Shown here: piece after piece, positions 1-7,481 of the stretch | Layout of the letters: every line of letters starts with the position of its first letter | How positions within the stretch are numbered: position 1 is the stretch's first letter | DNA from: Candidatus Eiseniibacteriota bacterium | GTDB lineage: Bacteria > Eisenbacteria > RBG-16-71-46 | Length of the DNA: 13,600 bases | NCBI GenBank assembly: GCA_031366795.1 | Contig: JANLOX010000239.1 | Location: 1 to 13,600 of the forward strand | Direction: 5' to 3' | The notes under the pieces: generated by a model | What the model saw: only the letters and a program-made list of their open reading frames with translations | What the model was told of the DNA's origin: nothing | Database searches by the model: none | Made by a program: the position numbers and the translations under genes

Positions 1-357
1 TCAATCGGTTATCGGCAGGACTCATTCGGTAGCGGTGGTGATATCAAGGTGCGCCAGTGGCCGGTCATGGCATCCGCGTGGGCTTCACCGCTCCCGATGG
101 TGTACGCCGGCGGTGGCCTCGGCTGGTACCGCACCACGGTCGACTACCCGACCACGCTCCCGATCAATGACACGACCACGATGAAAATGGGAGTGCATCT
201 GGGCGGCGGCGTTGATATCCCGATCGGATCCAAACTCGGGCTCGACGTGAACGGCAAGTATATCTTCATGCAAAAGGACAAAAACAACGTGCAGCTGCCG
301 ACGACGTTCAACCCGGATTTCTGGACCGTGGGTCTCGGTCTCGCGATCAAGCTCTAA
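1..357 (+). CDS. Outer-membrane beta-barrel protein (OmpW/OmpA-like beta-barrel), 5'-truncated by the window edge
   Basis: Frame 1 is open from base 1 (SIGYRQDSFGSGG...). Amphipathic strands such as VYAGGGLGWY, GVHLGGGVD and LDVNGKYIF, and a C-terminal beta-signal-like strand (WTVGLGLAIKL*). Confidence 0.8.
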   Translation, partial: SIGYRQDSFGSGGDIKVRQWPVMASAWASPLPMVYAGGGLGWYRTTVDYPTTLPINDTTTMKMGVHLGGGVDIPIGSKLGLDVNGKYIFMQKDKNNVQLPTTFNPDFWTVGLGLAIKL

Positions 358-386
358 CGCAGTTGATATTGAAAGGAACACGAGTC

Positions 387-1028
387 ATGGAACACAAGAA
401 CCGCAACAAGTGGATCGCGGGAGCGATGTTTGCCGCCACGCTCTATCTCGTCGTGGGCTGCAATGAAACCCGTACGAGTTCCCAGTCCTCGGGCAATGGA
501 CCGGCGAAGTCGATTTCCACGTCGTCACACGCCATGGTCTCCGGCACGCGGATCGATGTCTCGCTGGGCAGCAATATTTCATCCGAGACGGCCCATGTCG
601 GGGATGCATGGCATGGGACGGTGACGCAAAACGTGCAGGGACGCGATGGAGCCATGGTTCCCGCCGGTAGCCAGGTGGATGGAGTCGTCACGGGCGTCAC
701 GGAGGCCGTGCGTGGCTCGCGCGCCATGCTGGAACTCGGCGTGCGCACGATCCATGTCAATGGACGCAGCGAACCGATCAATGCGACTGCCGAGCCCGTG
801 ATCGCCGGTTCCCCGCGCGCCCGCAACCTTGGCGCGATCGGCGCGGGTGCAGTCGCCGGGGCGTTGATTGGCAAGGCCGTGGGTGATGGCAAGAACGGCG
901 CGGTAGGAGCCGTCATCGGTGGGGGGGCTGCGGCCGGCGTCGTCGCCGGTTCGAAGGGTTACCAGGTCGAACTGCACGACGGCACGGTCATGACCTTCTC
1001 GGTCAGCCAGACCGTGGCGATGCGCTAG
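387..1028 (+). CDS. Lipoprotein with a TrbI/VirB10-like beta region and a C-terminal glycine zipper
   Basis: RBS GAAAGGA at 371-377 and ATG at 387. Signal peptide ending in lipobox-like LVVGC, a Ser-rich linker, and glycine zipper IGAGAVAGALIG...GAVGAVIGGGAAAG. Confidence 0.75.
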   Translation: MEHKNRNKWIAGAMFAATLYLVVGCNETRTSSQSSGNGPAKSISTSSHAMVSGTRIDVSLGSNISSETAHVGDAWHGTVTQNVQGRDGAMVPAGSQVDGVVTGVTEAVRGSRAMLELGVRTIHVNGRSEPINATAEPVIAGSPRARNLGAIGAGAVAGALIGKAVGDGKNGAVGAVIGGGAAAGVVAGSKGYQVELHDGTVMTFSVSQTVAMR

Positions 1029-1094
1029 CAGTTAAGTGGGTAGCCGCCGCTCGCACAACGGGTGGGCGCCCGTCGTCTCAAATGGAGGTTTCTC

Positions 1095-1244
1095 ATGTTG
1101 TGGACCATCGCCGTCGTGCTGCTGATCCTGTGGCTGCTGGGACTCGTTACCTCGTACACGATGGGTGGGTTCATTCACCTGTTGCTCGTCCTCGCCATCA
1201 TCGTCGTGCTGATCCGCGTGATTCAGGGACGCAAGGTCGTCTAG
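1095..1244 (+). CDS. lmo0937-family small membrane protein (49 aa)
   Basis: RBS GGAGGT at 1084-1089 and ATG at 1095. MLWTIAVVLLILWLLGLVTSYTMGGFIHLLLVLAIIVVLIRVIQGRK matches the family pattern (LWLLG...GGFIHLLLV). Confidence 0.9.
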   Translation: MLWTIAVVLLILWLLGLVTSYTMGGFIHLLLVLAIIVVLIRVIQGRKVV

Positions 1245-1274
1245 TGAATTATCGCAGCGAAAGGAGTGCATGAA

Positions 1275-1490
1275 ATGAAGCCGTTTGGATTCATTCTGCT
1301 GGTGGCCGGACTGCTCGTCCTGGTCTATGGAGGCATCAGCTACAGCCGCCAGAAGACTGTCATCGACCTCGGCCCGATCAAGGCCACCGCGACCGAACAG
1401 CACCACGTTCCGCTCTCGCCGATCGTCGGCGGCATCGCCATCGTCGCCGGTCTGTTGTTGCTGGTCGTGCCGCGGCAGAAGTCGGCCTAG
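1275..1490 (+). CDS. Small two-TM membrane protein (DUF3185-like)
   Basis: RBS AAGGAG at 1261-1266 and ATG at 1275. Two hydrophobic helices flank the GGISY..KTVIDLGPI..PLSPIVGG motif typical of this stress-cluster family. Confidence 0.75.
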   Translation: MKPFGFILLVAGLLVLVYGGISYSRQKTVIDLGPIKATATEQHHVPLSPIVGGIAIVAGLLLLVVPRQKSA

Positions 1491-1571
1491 CCGTCCCGCC
1501 GCTGCACGATCATTCCTGCGCCGGCGAATGACGCTGTCGCTTTCAATGTATCCGATGAGTGGGGGTAGCAG

Positions 1572-1976
1572 ATGAATTTCTTCCCGCAGCCGTTGCGCCG
1601 CTGGACCGCGGTGCTCGTCGTGCTGTGCATGGCGACGATCGACATCGGTCCCGCCGCGGCAGGTCTTGCCAGCTCGCAGCTGTCGGGCCAGACGAGCATC
1701 ACGTCGACGCGCGACGCCGACATGTTGGTGGCGCAGCGGGCGCTCGAGAACAAGGTCGTGGCGCAGAAGCTGATGGACTACGGCGTGGTTGCCGCCGATG
1801 CGCAGTCGCGGCTCGTGAACATGTCCGACAAGGACCTGCACACGCTGGCCAGTGCTTCCAAGGGTTTGCCGAGCGGCGGCGATGGCACCACCGGCGCGAT
1901 TATTGGCATTTTGGTGGTGGTGATCCTGGTGATCGTGGTGCTCAAATTGATGCACCGTGACGTAGTGCTGCGATAG
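1572..1976 (+). CDS. PA2779-family-like exported protein with LPSGG motif and hydrophobic C-terminal helix
   Basis: N-terminal signal peptide (..PAAAG), helical core V..KL.DYGV....A.SRL..MSD.DL..LA, then LPSGG, a very hydrophobic segment and a basic tail. 134 aa, directly upstream of a C39-like peptidase. Confidence 0.8.
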   Translation: MNFFPQPLRRWTAVLVVLCMATIDIGPAAAGLASSQLSGQTSITSTRDADMLVAQRALENKVVAQKLMDYGVVAADAQSRLVNMSDKDLHTLASASKGLPSGGDGTTGAIIGILVVVILVIVVLKLMHRDVVLR

Positions 1977-2028
1977 TGACCAGTTGCCGGCGCGGGCAGC
2001 ATAGGTGTGCCGGGAGCGGAGGGAGTTC

Positions 2029-2577
2029 ATGAGCTGGCTGTTTGCGGCGATGTTGCTGTCCCTCCAATTCGTCGTGGGCCCAAGCGGCGGAGCGGTTGTT
2101 GATGCGCGTGCGGCCGGAGTGACCAGCACCTGGCTTACGGTGCCGGTCGTCCGGCAGACGCGCGCGCACTGCGGTCAGGCTGCGCTCAGCATGGTGCTGC
2201 TTCACTATGGCGCGGCGCCCGCAGCGCTTCATGAGGTCGAAGGCGCCTACGATCCCGTGTTGCGCGGCTCGCTGATCACGGATCTCGCCGCGGCGGCACG
2301 CCGTGCCGGCTACACGGCCGACGTCGCCACGCTGACACCCGATTCGCTCGTCACGCTGTTGCACGAAGGCGTACCGCCCATCCTGCTGTACCAGGAAGGA
2401 GCCGGGCCCTTCACCGTCCGGCATTTCGGAGTGGTCACCGGGTGGGATGCTGCTCACGGCGTGTTCACGCTGAACGACGGCGGGGCGCAACCGCGCACTG
2501 CGCGCCGTGAGGATCTGGCGAAGCGCTGGGAGACCGCCGGGTCGCAGGCGTTGATCGTGCGGCGGAGGACGCCTTGA
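2029..2577 (+). CDS. Stand-alone C39-like (papain-fold) cysteine peptidase, PA2778-like, probably exported
   Basis: RBS GGAGGGAG before ATG at 2029. LTVPVVRQTRAHCGQAALSMVL gives oxyanion Q (2155) and catalytic C (2170). RHFGVVTGWD gives H (2422) and TLND gives D (2476). Hydrophobic N-terminus; no ABC-transporter domains. Confidence 0.85.
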   Translation: MSWLFAAMLLSLQFVVGPSGGAVVDARAAGVTSTWLTVPVVRQTRAHCGQAALSMVLLHYGAAPAALHEVEGAYDPVLRGSLITDLAAAARRAGYTADVATLTPDSLVTLLHEGVPPILLYQEGAGPFTVRHFGVVTGWDAAHGVFTLNDGGAQPRTARREDLAKRWETAGSQALIVRRRTP

Positions 2578-3035
2578 CTTTCGGCCTGGTCCGATATGCC
2601 TTGCGGTTATTGATCACTGCGACGGCGTTTGGCGTTGCGACTGGCTGTTCGCATCTCGTCGTGTTGCACGATCCGTTGTCCGCGAGTGAACACAACGATC
2701 TTGGCGTGGCGTACGAGTCGAGCGGCCAGCCGCGCCTTGCCGCCAAGGAATACAAGAAGTCGCTGCGACCCGATCCACACGCCAGTCGTACTTGGGTCAA
2801 CCTGGGCAATGCCCAGGCCGCGCAGGAACAGTGGCACGCTGCGGAAAAGTCTTACCGGCATGCGCTGCGCGATTCGGCATCCAACTCCGATGCCCTGAAC
2901 AATCTTGCCGTCGTGATTCACCGTCAGGGCGGGCGTGACCCGGAAGCGAAATCACTCGCTTCGCGTGCGGTTGCCTCCGGGGGCGCGCGCGACTCGGTAT
3001 ACCGCGAAACGTTACGCGAGGTGAGCAGTCAGTGA
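2574..3035 (+). CDS. TPR-repeat lipoprotein
   Basis: TTG start overlaps the peptidase stop (TTGA), suggesting translational coupling. Lipobox-like VATGC and TPR motifs HNDLGVAY, WVNLGNAQ and LNNLAVV. Confidence 0.85.
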   Translation: MTFGLVRYALRLLITATAFGVATGCSHLVVLHDPLSASEHNDLGVAYESSGQPRLAAKEYKKSLRPDPHASRTWVNLGNAQAAQEQWHAAEKSYRHALRDSASNSDALNNLAVVIHRQGGRDPEAKSLASRAVASGGARDSVYRETLREVSSQ

Positions 3036-3066
3036 GAGCCGAACCACCGATTGAGAGGGGCCCCTA

Positions 3067-4146
3067 ATGGCCACCCTTGAGAAGGCCGTGACGAGCCTGA
3101 CGATGAAGGCGCTGGTATACCAGGGACCGGGAAAGCGCGCATATGAGGACAAGCCACGTCCGGTGCTCCAAGCCGCGACCGATGCCATTGTGAAGATCTC
3201 GCGCACCACCATCTGCGGCACCGATCTCCACATCCTGAAGGGCGACGTGCCGACCGTCGCCCCGGGCCGCATCCTCGGGCATGAGGGCGTCGGCGTGATC
3301 GAGGCCGTGGGCTCGGCTGTGTCGGGCTTCAAGCCCGGGAATCATGTGTTGATCTCGTGTATTTCCTCGTGCGGTAAGTGCGAGCCGTGCCGCAAGGGCA
3401 TGTACTCGCATTGCAGCGAGGGAGGAGGGTGGATCCTCGGCAACACCATCGATGGCACACAGGCTGAGTATGTGCGGATTCCATTCGCCGACACGAGCCT
3501 CTATCTCGTGCCGGAAGGAGCCGACGAGGATGCACTCGTGATGCTGAGCGACATCCTGCCGACGGGATTCGAGTGCGGAGTCCTCAAGGGCCAGGTCAAG
3601 CCAGGCGACAGCGTAGCGGTGATCGGCGCGGGGCCGGTGGGGTTGGCGGTGATGCTGACTGCCCAGTTTTATTCGCCTTCAAAGATCATCATGGTCGACC
3701 TCGATGACAACCGCCTTGCGGTGGCCAAGTCGTGGGGTGCGACGGAAACCGTCAACAGCGCCGATGGCAAGGCCGCCGGGAAGGTGCGGGAGTTGACCGG
3801 CGGGGCGGGCGTCGACGTTGCGGTCGAGGCGGTGGGAATCCCGGAGACGTTCGAGTTGTGCCAGGACATCGTCGCGGCCGGTGGCCATATCGCCAACGTC
3901 GGCGTGCATGGTGTGGGTGTCCAGCTCAAGCTCGAGAAGTTGTGGTCGCACAATGTCACGATCACGACCCGGCTCGTCGACACGGTCACCACGCCGATGC
4001 TGCTCAAAAGCGTCGTCAGCGGCCGGCTCGAAGCGCGCAAGCTCATCACCCACGAGTTCAAGCTCGATGAGTTGATGAAGGCTTATGACGTCTTCGGGGG
4101 CGCGGCTCACGAAAAGGCACTAAAGGTCATCCTGCGTGCGGTCTGA
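3067..4146 (+). CDS. Zinc-dependent alcohol dehydrogenase (MDR superfamily, FDH-like subgroup)
   Basis: ICGTDLH and GHEGVG catalytic Zn motifs, structural Zn motif CGKCEPC..YSHC, Rossmann motif GAGPVG. Alternative start at ATG 3103 (MKALVY). Confidence 0.95.
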   Translation: MATLEKAVTSLTMKALVYQGPGKRAYEDKPRPVLQAATDAIVKISRTTICGTDLHILKGDVPTVAPGRILGHEGVGVIEAVGSAVSGFKPGNHVLISCISSCGKCEPCRKGMYSHCSEGGGWILGNTIDGTQAEYVRIPFADTSLYLVPEGADEDALVMLSDILPTGFECGVLKGQVKPGDSVAVIGAGPVGLAVMLTAQFYSPSKIIMVDLDDNRLAVAKSWGATETVNSADGKAAGKVRELTGGAGVDVAVEAVGIPETFELCQDIVAAGGHIANVGVHGVGVQLKLEKLWSHNVTITTRLVDTVTTPMLLKSVVSGRLEARKLITHEFKLDELMKAYDVFGGAAHEKALKVILRAV

Positions 4147-4190
4147 GTACGTGTCCCGCGGTGCGGGCGGGATCCCGTGCTGCACAAGCA

Positions 4191-4224
4191 GGGTGTCTTC
4201 CCGGCCGCGGCCAAGTAGACACCC
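4191..4224. terminator. Possible hairpin between convergent genes
   Basis: GGGTGTCT (4191-4198) and AGACACCC (4217-4224) form an inverted repeat between the ADH stop and the stop of the 4237-4497 gene. No U-tract. Confidence 0.3.
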
Positions 4225-4236
4225 CGCGTGTCGCGA

Positions 4237-4497
4237 TTACCACCGGTTGCTGTAGGTCCGCTGGTTGGCGGCCGACGCGGTGATGTGGATCAGCGCGTCC
4301 TCGCGTTCGATGGGCGCGTAGCCGCGCAGTCCCCAGGTGTTGCCGCACTGCGAACAGCGGTAGGTCACCAGGTGCGCGAACACGGGCGCGCCGTCTACCG
4401 CGTCGATGGCGACCTTTTGCCATGAGTGGTGAATGAGCTTGATCGAGGGGGCGCCGCATTCCTTGTTTGAGCAACTCGTAGGCACTGGGATGGACAT
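4237..4497 (-). CDS. Hypothetical small zinc-ribbon protein (86 aa)
   Basis: Strong RBS region (AAGGAAGGCGAGGT) before the ATG. Cys pairs CSNKEC and YRCSQCG(NTW); composition looks like a real protein rather than a shadow ORF. Confidence 0.65.
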   Translation of the reverse strand: MSIPVPTSCSNKECGAPSIKLIHHSWQKVAIDAVDGAPVFAHLVTYRCSQCGNTWGLRGYAPIEREDALIHITASAANQRTYSNRW

Positions 4498-4555
4498 CGG
4501 GCACCTCGCCTTCCTTGAGATCGCTACGAATCTTCGGCCCTTCCGATCCGGTCAG

Positions 4556-4571
4556 CGCATGAACCGTGCCG
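4556..4571 (-). promoter_or_regulatory. Candidate sigma-54 (-24/-12) promoter for the zinc-ribbon gene
   Basis: Minus strand reads CGGCACGGTTCATGCG versus consensus TGGCACG-N4-TTGCW, with exact GG-N10-GC spacing, about 60 nt upstream of the ATG. Confidence 0.4.
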
Positions 4572-4789
4572 GGCGCGGAGCCTGTGTCGCTCCAGCGCTT
4601 GCAGTGCGCCATCCGGGCGAGTAGCCGCGAAATCTCAACAAATGGAAGGAATTCCGGCCGGGATTCGGTGGCCCGAGGCTTGGGGCCGGTGTCGGGCGCG
4701 AGCGGCTTAGTGGCCTTCGGCTTGAGCGTTCTACAAAGGGCTTTGAAAGGGCCGGAAAGCTGCTGACCCCAAGCCAACGGACACGACAG

Positions 4790-4821
4790 CGCGCAGGTGC
4801 GGGATCCGCACCTGCGCGTCG
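4790..4821. repeat. Palindromic element, copy 1 (REP-like or terminator hairpin)
   Basis: Perfect 13-bp stem CGCGCAGGTGCGG-GAT-CCGCACCTGCGCG (4790-4818). Bases 4803-4821 are identical to 5502-5520. Confidence 0.7.
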
Positions 4822-4884
4822 CTTCGCCACGAGAGAAGGCAGTGGGCGCGGCCAGTTACCGCTTCCCAGGTCTCCCCGATGGCC

Positions 4885-5268
4885 TCAGTGTCCCGTGCTT
4901 GTCGCCTTCGCTTCGCGCTTTTCTTTCATCTGTTCGCTGTGCTCGGCCTTGGGGCCCTCATGCTCGGTTGCGACAATGGCACCGGTCATCGCATCAACGT
5001 TGACCTCGTCGATCCCTGTCTTGCCCGCCACCACGAAATCGAACGAGTAGATCAGCTTCCCGTGTTCCCGCTCCAATTCGTGTGACTTGACCGTTCCATT
5101 GGGGACCTGCGCCTTGGCGATGACGAGCGCCGAGTCGAGCGTCAGCTTTGGGTGCATCGAGGACGTGGTGTGGGCCTTCTTTGAGTGTTGCGCAGGCGTC
5201 GACGCGTGAGCAGTCACGCTCGACGAGCACAGGACGAGCACGACGGCTACCGGTATGAGTGTTTTCAT
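4885..5268 (-). CDS. Secreted PepSY-domain protein
   Basis: Signal peptide ending TAHA. PepSY pattern LTLDSALVIA..VPNGTV...ELERE.GKLIYSF......EVNVDAMTGAIV. RBS AAGGGAG. Confidence 0.9.
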   Translation of the reverse strand: MKTLIPVAVVLVLCSSSVTAHASTPAQHSKKAHTTSSMHPKLTLDSALVIAKAQVPNGTVKSHELEREHGKLIYSFDFVVAGKTGIDEVNVDAMTGAIVATEHEGPKAEHSEQMKEKREAKATSTGH

Positions 5269-5484
5269 GATTGGGTGATCTCCCTTGTGATTGTTGGAAT
5301 GCGGCAGGTTGCAGGCGCCGAGATAGCGCGTGGTCCTCCCGCCGACAGCGGTTGTTCTCCGTTACGATGCCCGCTTGGAATCGCAGGACGAACTTGATTC
5401 TTGGATTGGGACGCGTGAGGCACGTGCCGTTTGGTTGCCGTTAAGGCGAGATAGGGGCGCCCCGCGCGCATCATCCACGATATG

Positions 5485-5521
5485 CCGACGCGCTGGGGCG
5501 TGATCCGCACCTGCGCGTCGG
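5485..5521. repeat. Palindromic element, copy 2 (imperfect)
   Basis: CCGACGCGC (5485-5493) pairs with GCGCGTCGG (5513-5521). The right arm shares 19 identical nt with copy 1. It lies just downstream of the DUF892 gene stop. Confidence 0.65.
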
Positions 5522-5537
5522 TGTTGCCACTCGGTCG

Positions 5538-6119
5538 CTATCGTGAGCGTGGCTTCGGCGCTGGCTTCTTCTGCTGGCTCAACTCACGCGCCGGGTTGAG
5601 CCCCTTCGCGATGAGGATCAGCTCCATGCCCTCTTCCGCGGCGTCCCCGTCCAAGCCATCGGCGATCGACGTCAGCTTGTGATCCGCGGCAACTTCTTCG
5701 TCGCGCGACTTCTTGAGCAGCGTCACGGCCTTTGACTCGCCAAGCTTGGTAGCCCACGCCGCGAGGCAGCCGTAGGTGGCAATCTCGTAGTGCTCGACCT
5801 TCACCGCCGCGGCGATCAACGCCAAGTCCCGGATGTCGGGTGAGCCTTGTTCTTCCATCAACTCCTCGCCCTCGGCGAGCAGGCCCTGCATCGCCTTGCA
5901 GGGCTTGCGGGCCACCCTAGCTCCCACCAACTCCATGACCTTGTGGAGCCGCTCCACGTGCCCCCGTGTCTGTTCGAGGTGGTGGTTGAATGCGTCAGCC
6001 AGTTCCTCGGAGTTCGCGGCCTTCGCCAGCTTCGGCAGTGCCTTCGTCAGCTGCTGTTCTGCGTCCAGCATGTCCTTAAGTTCGTCGACGAACAGGTCCT
6101 TGAGTGTCTTGTCCGGCAT
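5538..6119 (-). CDS. yciF: YciE/YciF (DUF892) ferritin-like stress protein
   Basis: TLKDLFVDELKDMLDAEQQLTKALPKLAKAA, HLEQTRGHVERL, CKAMQGLLAEG, KVEHYEIATYG, DEEVAADHKLT. RBS GGAGGA precedes the ATG at 6119. Confidence 0.93.
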   Translation of the reverse strand: MPDKTLKDLFVDELKDMLDAEQQLTKALPKLAKAANSEELADAFNHHLEQTRGHVERLHKVMELVGARVARKPCKAMQGLLAEGEELMEEQGSPDIRDLALIAAAVKVEHYEIATYGCLAAWATKLGESKAVTLLKKSRDEEVAADHKLTSIADGLDGDAAEEGMELILIAKGLNPARELSQQKKPAPKPRSR

Positions 6120-6206
6120 TTGATTCCTCCCTGAGGTGCAGCCAGTGCTTGGCGGCGGATCCATGACCGTGAGCGCTACCGTGTTTGCGCGACCGCACGG
6201 CAGGGC

Positions 6207-6222
6207 AGCAAGGAGTGCGCCA
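6207..6222 (-). promoter_or_regulatory. Sigma-54 (-24/-12) promoter upstream of yciF
   Basis: Minus strand reads TGGCGCACTCCTTGCT, a close match to TGGCACG-N4-TTGCW with exact spacing. Intergenic, correctly oriented, about 90 nt from the ATG. Confidence 0.65.
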
Positions 6223-6392
6223 CGCAGACGGGGGGTCGCGAGGGGCGCAATGACGCGTAGGTGCGCAGGGTTCTTCGCGGTCAGGGCTATAACCTCGCGT
6301 AAGTTGTAGAAAGTGCTTCGGCGGGAGAGCGGTTGAGGCTTGCGCGAGGGGCGGATCTGGGGAATCGCCGCGCCCGAGTAACCATGACCGCC

Positions 6393-7472
6393 TCACTGCC
6401 TCGCGCAATTCGGACACAGCAACTGCGCGGTCGGGGAGGCCCACAACCGATTCGTCTCGCATCCGCAGGACTCGCATGCCGGAACTTCGAGCCGCTCGAG
6501 CAAGCCATCATAGGCCAACACGAGCGTACGCGTGCTCGATCCGCGGTCGATCAGCAGTTTGAAGAATGCCTTGGGCTGCCATAGGCACCGAACGCTCGAC
6601 AACCGGGCGCGGACGCGTATGCCGTATGTCTCACCGAGCTCGCGCAGCTTGCGCTCGCGTTCGCGCTCCGCCGACTCGATCTTGTGCGAGAGGGACGTCT
6701 CGCGGGCTGCCTCAATGGCTGTTCGGCGCAACTCGCGCGCGCGGCGCCGTTCGAGTTCGGCGATCACCTGACCGTAATAGTTGCTGATCCGCGCGAATTC
6801 CACCCCGAAGCGCTGCGTGACACGGACCTGCTGCCGCGCTGCCTCGGCGGCGACCATGCGCCGCAAAGCGTCGCACGCCGTCTTGTAGGCCGCTTCGATG
6901 GGGACCAGAACCACCTCGGGAATCTTTGCGACCGGCGCCGATTCGATCGTGAACTCCGCCAGACGTTCTGCGAGGAGCGATTGAACCTGGTTCGAGAACA
7001 GATTCACCGGCACGATGTACTGCCGCTCGCGGCGCTCCTCGGAGAAGAACATCACCTTGAAGTCGAATTGCGAGGTGGCGGAGAGCATTATGTCCGCCTC
7101 GTCCTGCTCGTATCGAGTGCGGCAGTTGGAAAAGAGTACGGTGCGCTCGACCTCCTCGCGAATCCCTTTCCGTTTGAGCCGCCCGGCGGGCAGATGCCCC
7201 GAGGCGACAGTGCCGCGACCGGCAGCGAACGCGATTAACGAATCCAGGAACGAGCTTCCCAGCATCGCGGGTTCCGTGCCGTCTTCGAGCCCGTCGGCGG
7301 AAAGGGCGAGCCGCACCCAGGCACGTCCAGTGGCGGATTCGAGCACCGGTGGAAGCAGGGCATCGAGCTGGCCCGCCGGCCCGGACTCCACCGCGCCACC
7401 TGCGCGTTCGATGCAGCCTCGAATGAAAAACGGAATATCGGTTAACTCCGATCCGGCATTTTCGACCGTCAT
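6393..7472 (-). CDS. Hypothetical SNF2-partner protein (YqhG-like) with coiled coil and C-terminal Zn finger
   Basis: Starts 9 nt after the SNF2 gene stop. RISNYYGQ followed by a charged coiled coil (ERERERKLREL); C-terminal CESC...CPNC. YqhG relationship inferred from synteny and general pattern only. Confidence 0.7.
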   Translation of the reverse strand: MTVENAGSELTDIPFFIRGCIERAGGAVESGPAGQLDALLPPVLESATGRAWVRLALSADGLEDGTEPAMLGSSFLDSLIAFAAGRGTVASGHLPAGRLKRKGIREEVERTVLFSNCRTRYEQDEADIMLSATSQFDFKVMFFSEERRERQYIVPVNLFSNQVQSLLAERLAEFTIESAPVAKIPEVVLVPIEAAYKTACDALRRMVAAEAARQQVRVTQRFGVEFARISNYYGQVIAELERRRARELRRTAIEAARETSLSHKIESAERERERKLRELGETYGIRVRARLSSVRCLWQPKAFFKLLIDRGSSTRTLVLAYDGLLERLEVPACESCGCETNRLWASPTAQLLCPNCARQ

Positions 7473-7481
7473 GGTGCGCTC

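Noticed and set aside
1032..2129. 365-aa minus-strand ORF with His/Gln/Asp-rich stretches
   Set aside because: Antisense shadow of several hydrophobic plus-strand genes; Val/Leu/Ile codons read as His/Gln/Asp on the opposite strand.
5419..5428. Palindrome GGCACGTGCC upstream of the PepSY gene as an operator or sigma-54 -24 box
   Set aside because: No correctly spaced -12 GC, and a 10-bp GC-rich palindrome is plausible by chance.
4803..5520. 19-nt direct repeat considered as a CRISPR repeat
   Set aside because: Only two full copies, 699 bp apart with a gene between them, and no cas genes.
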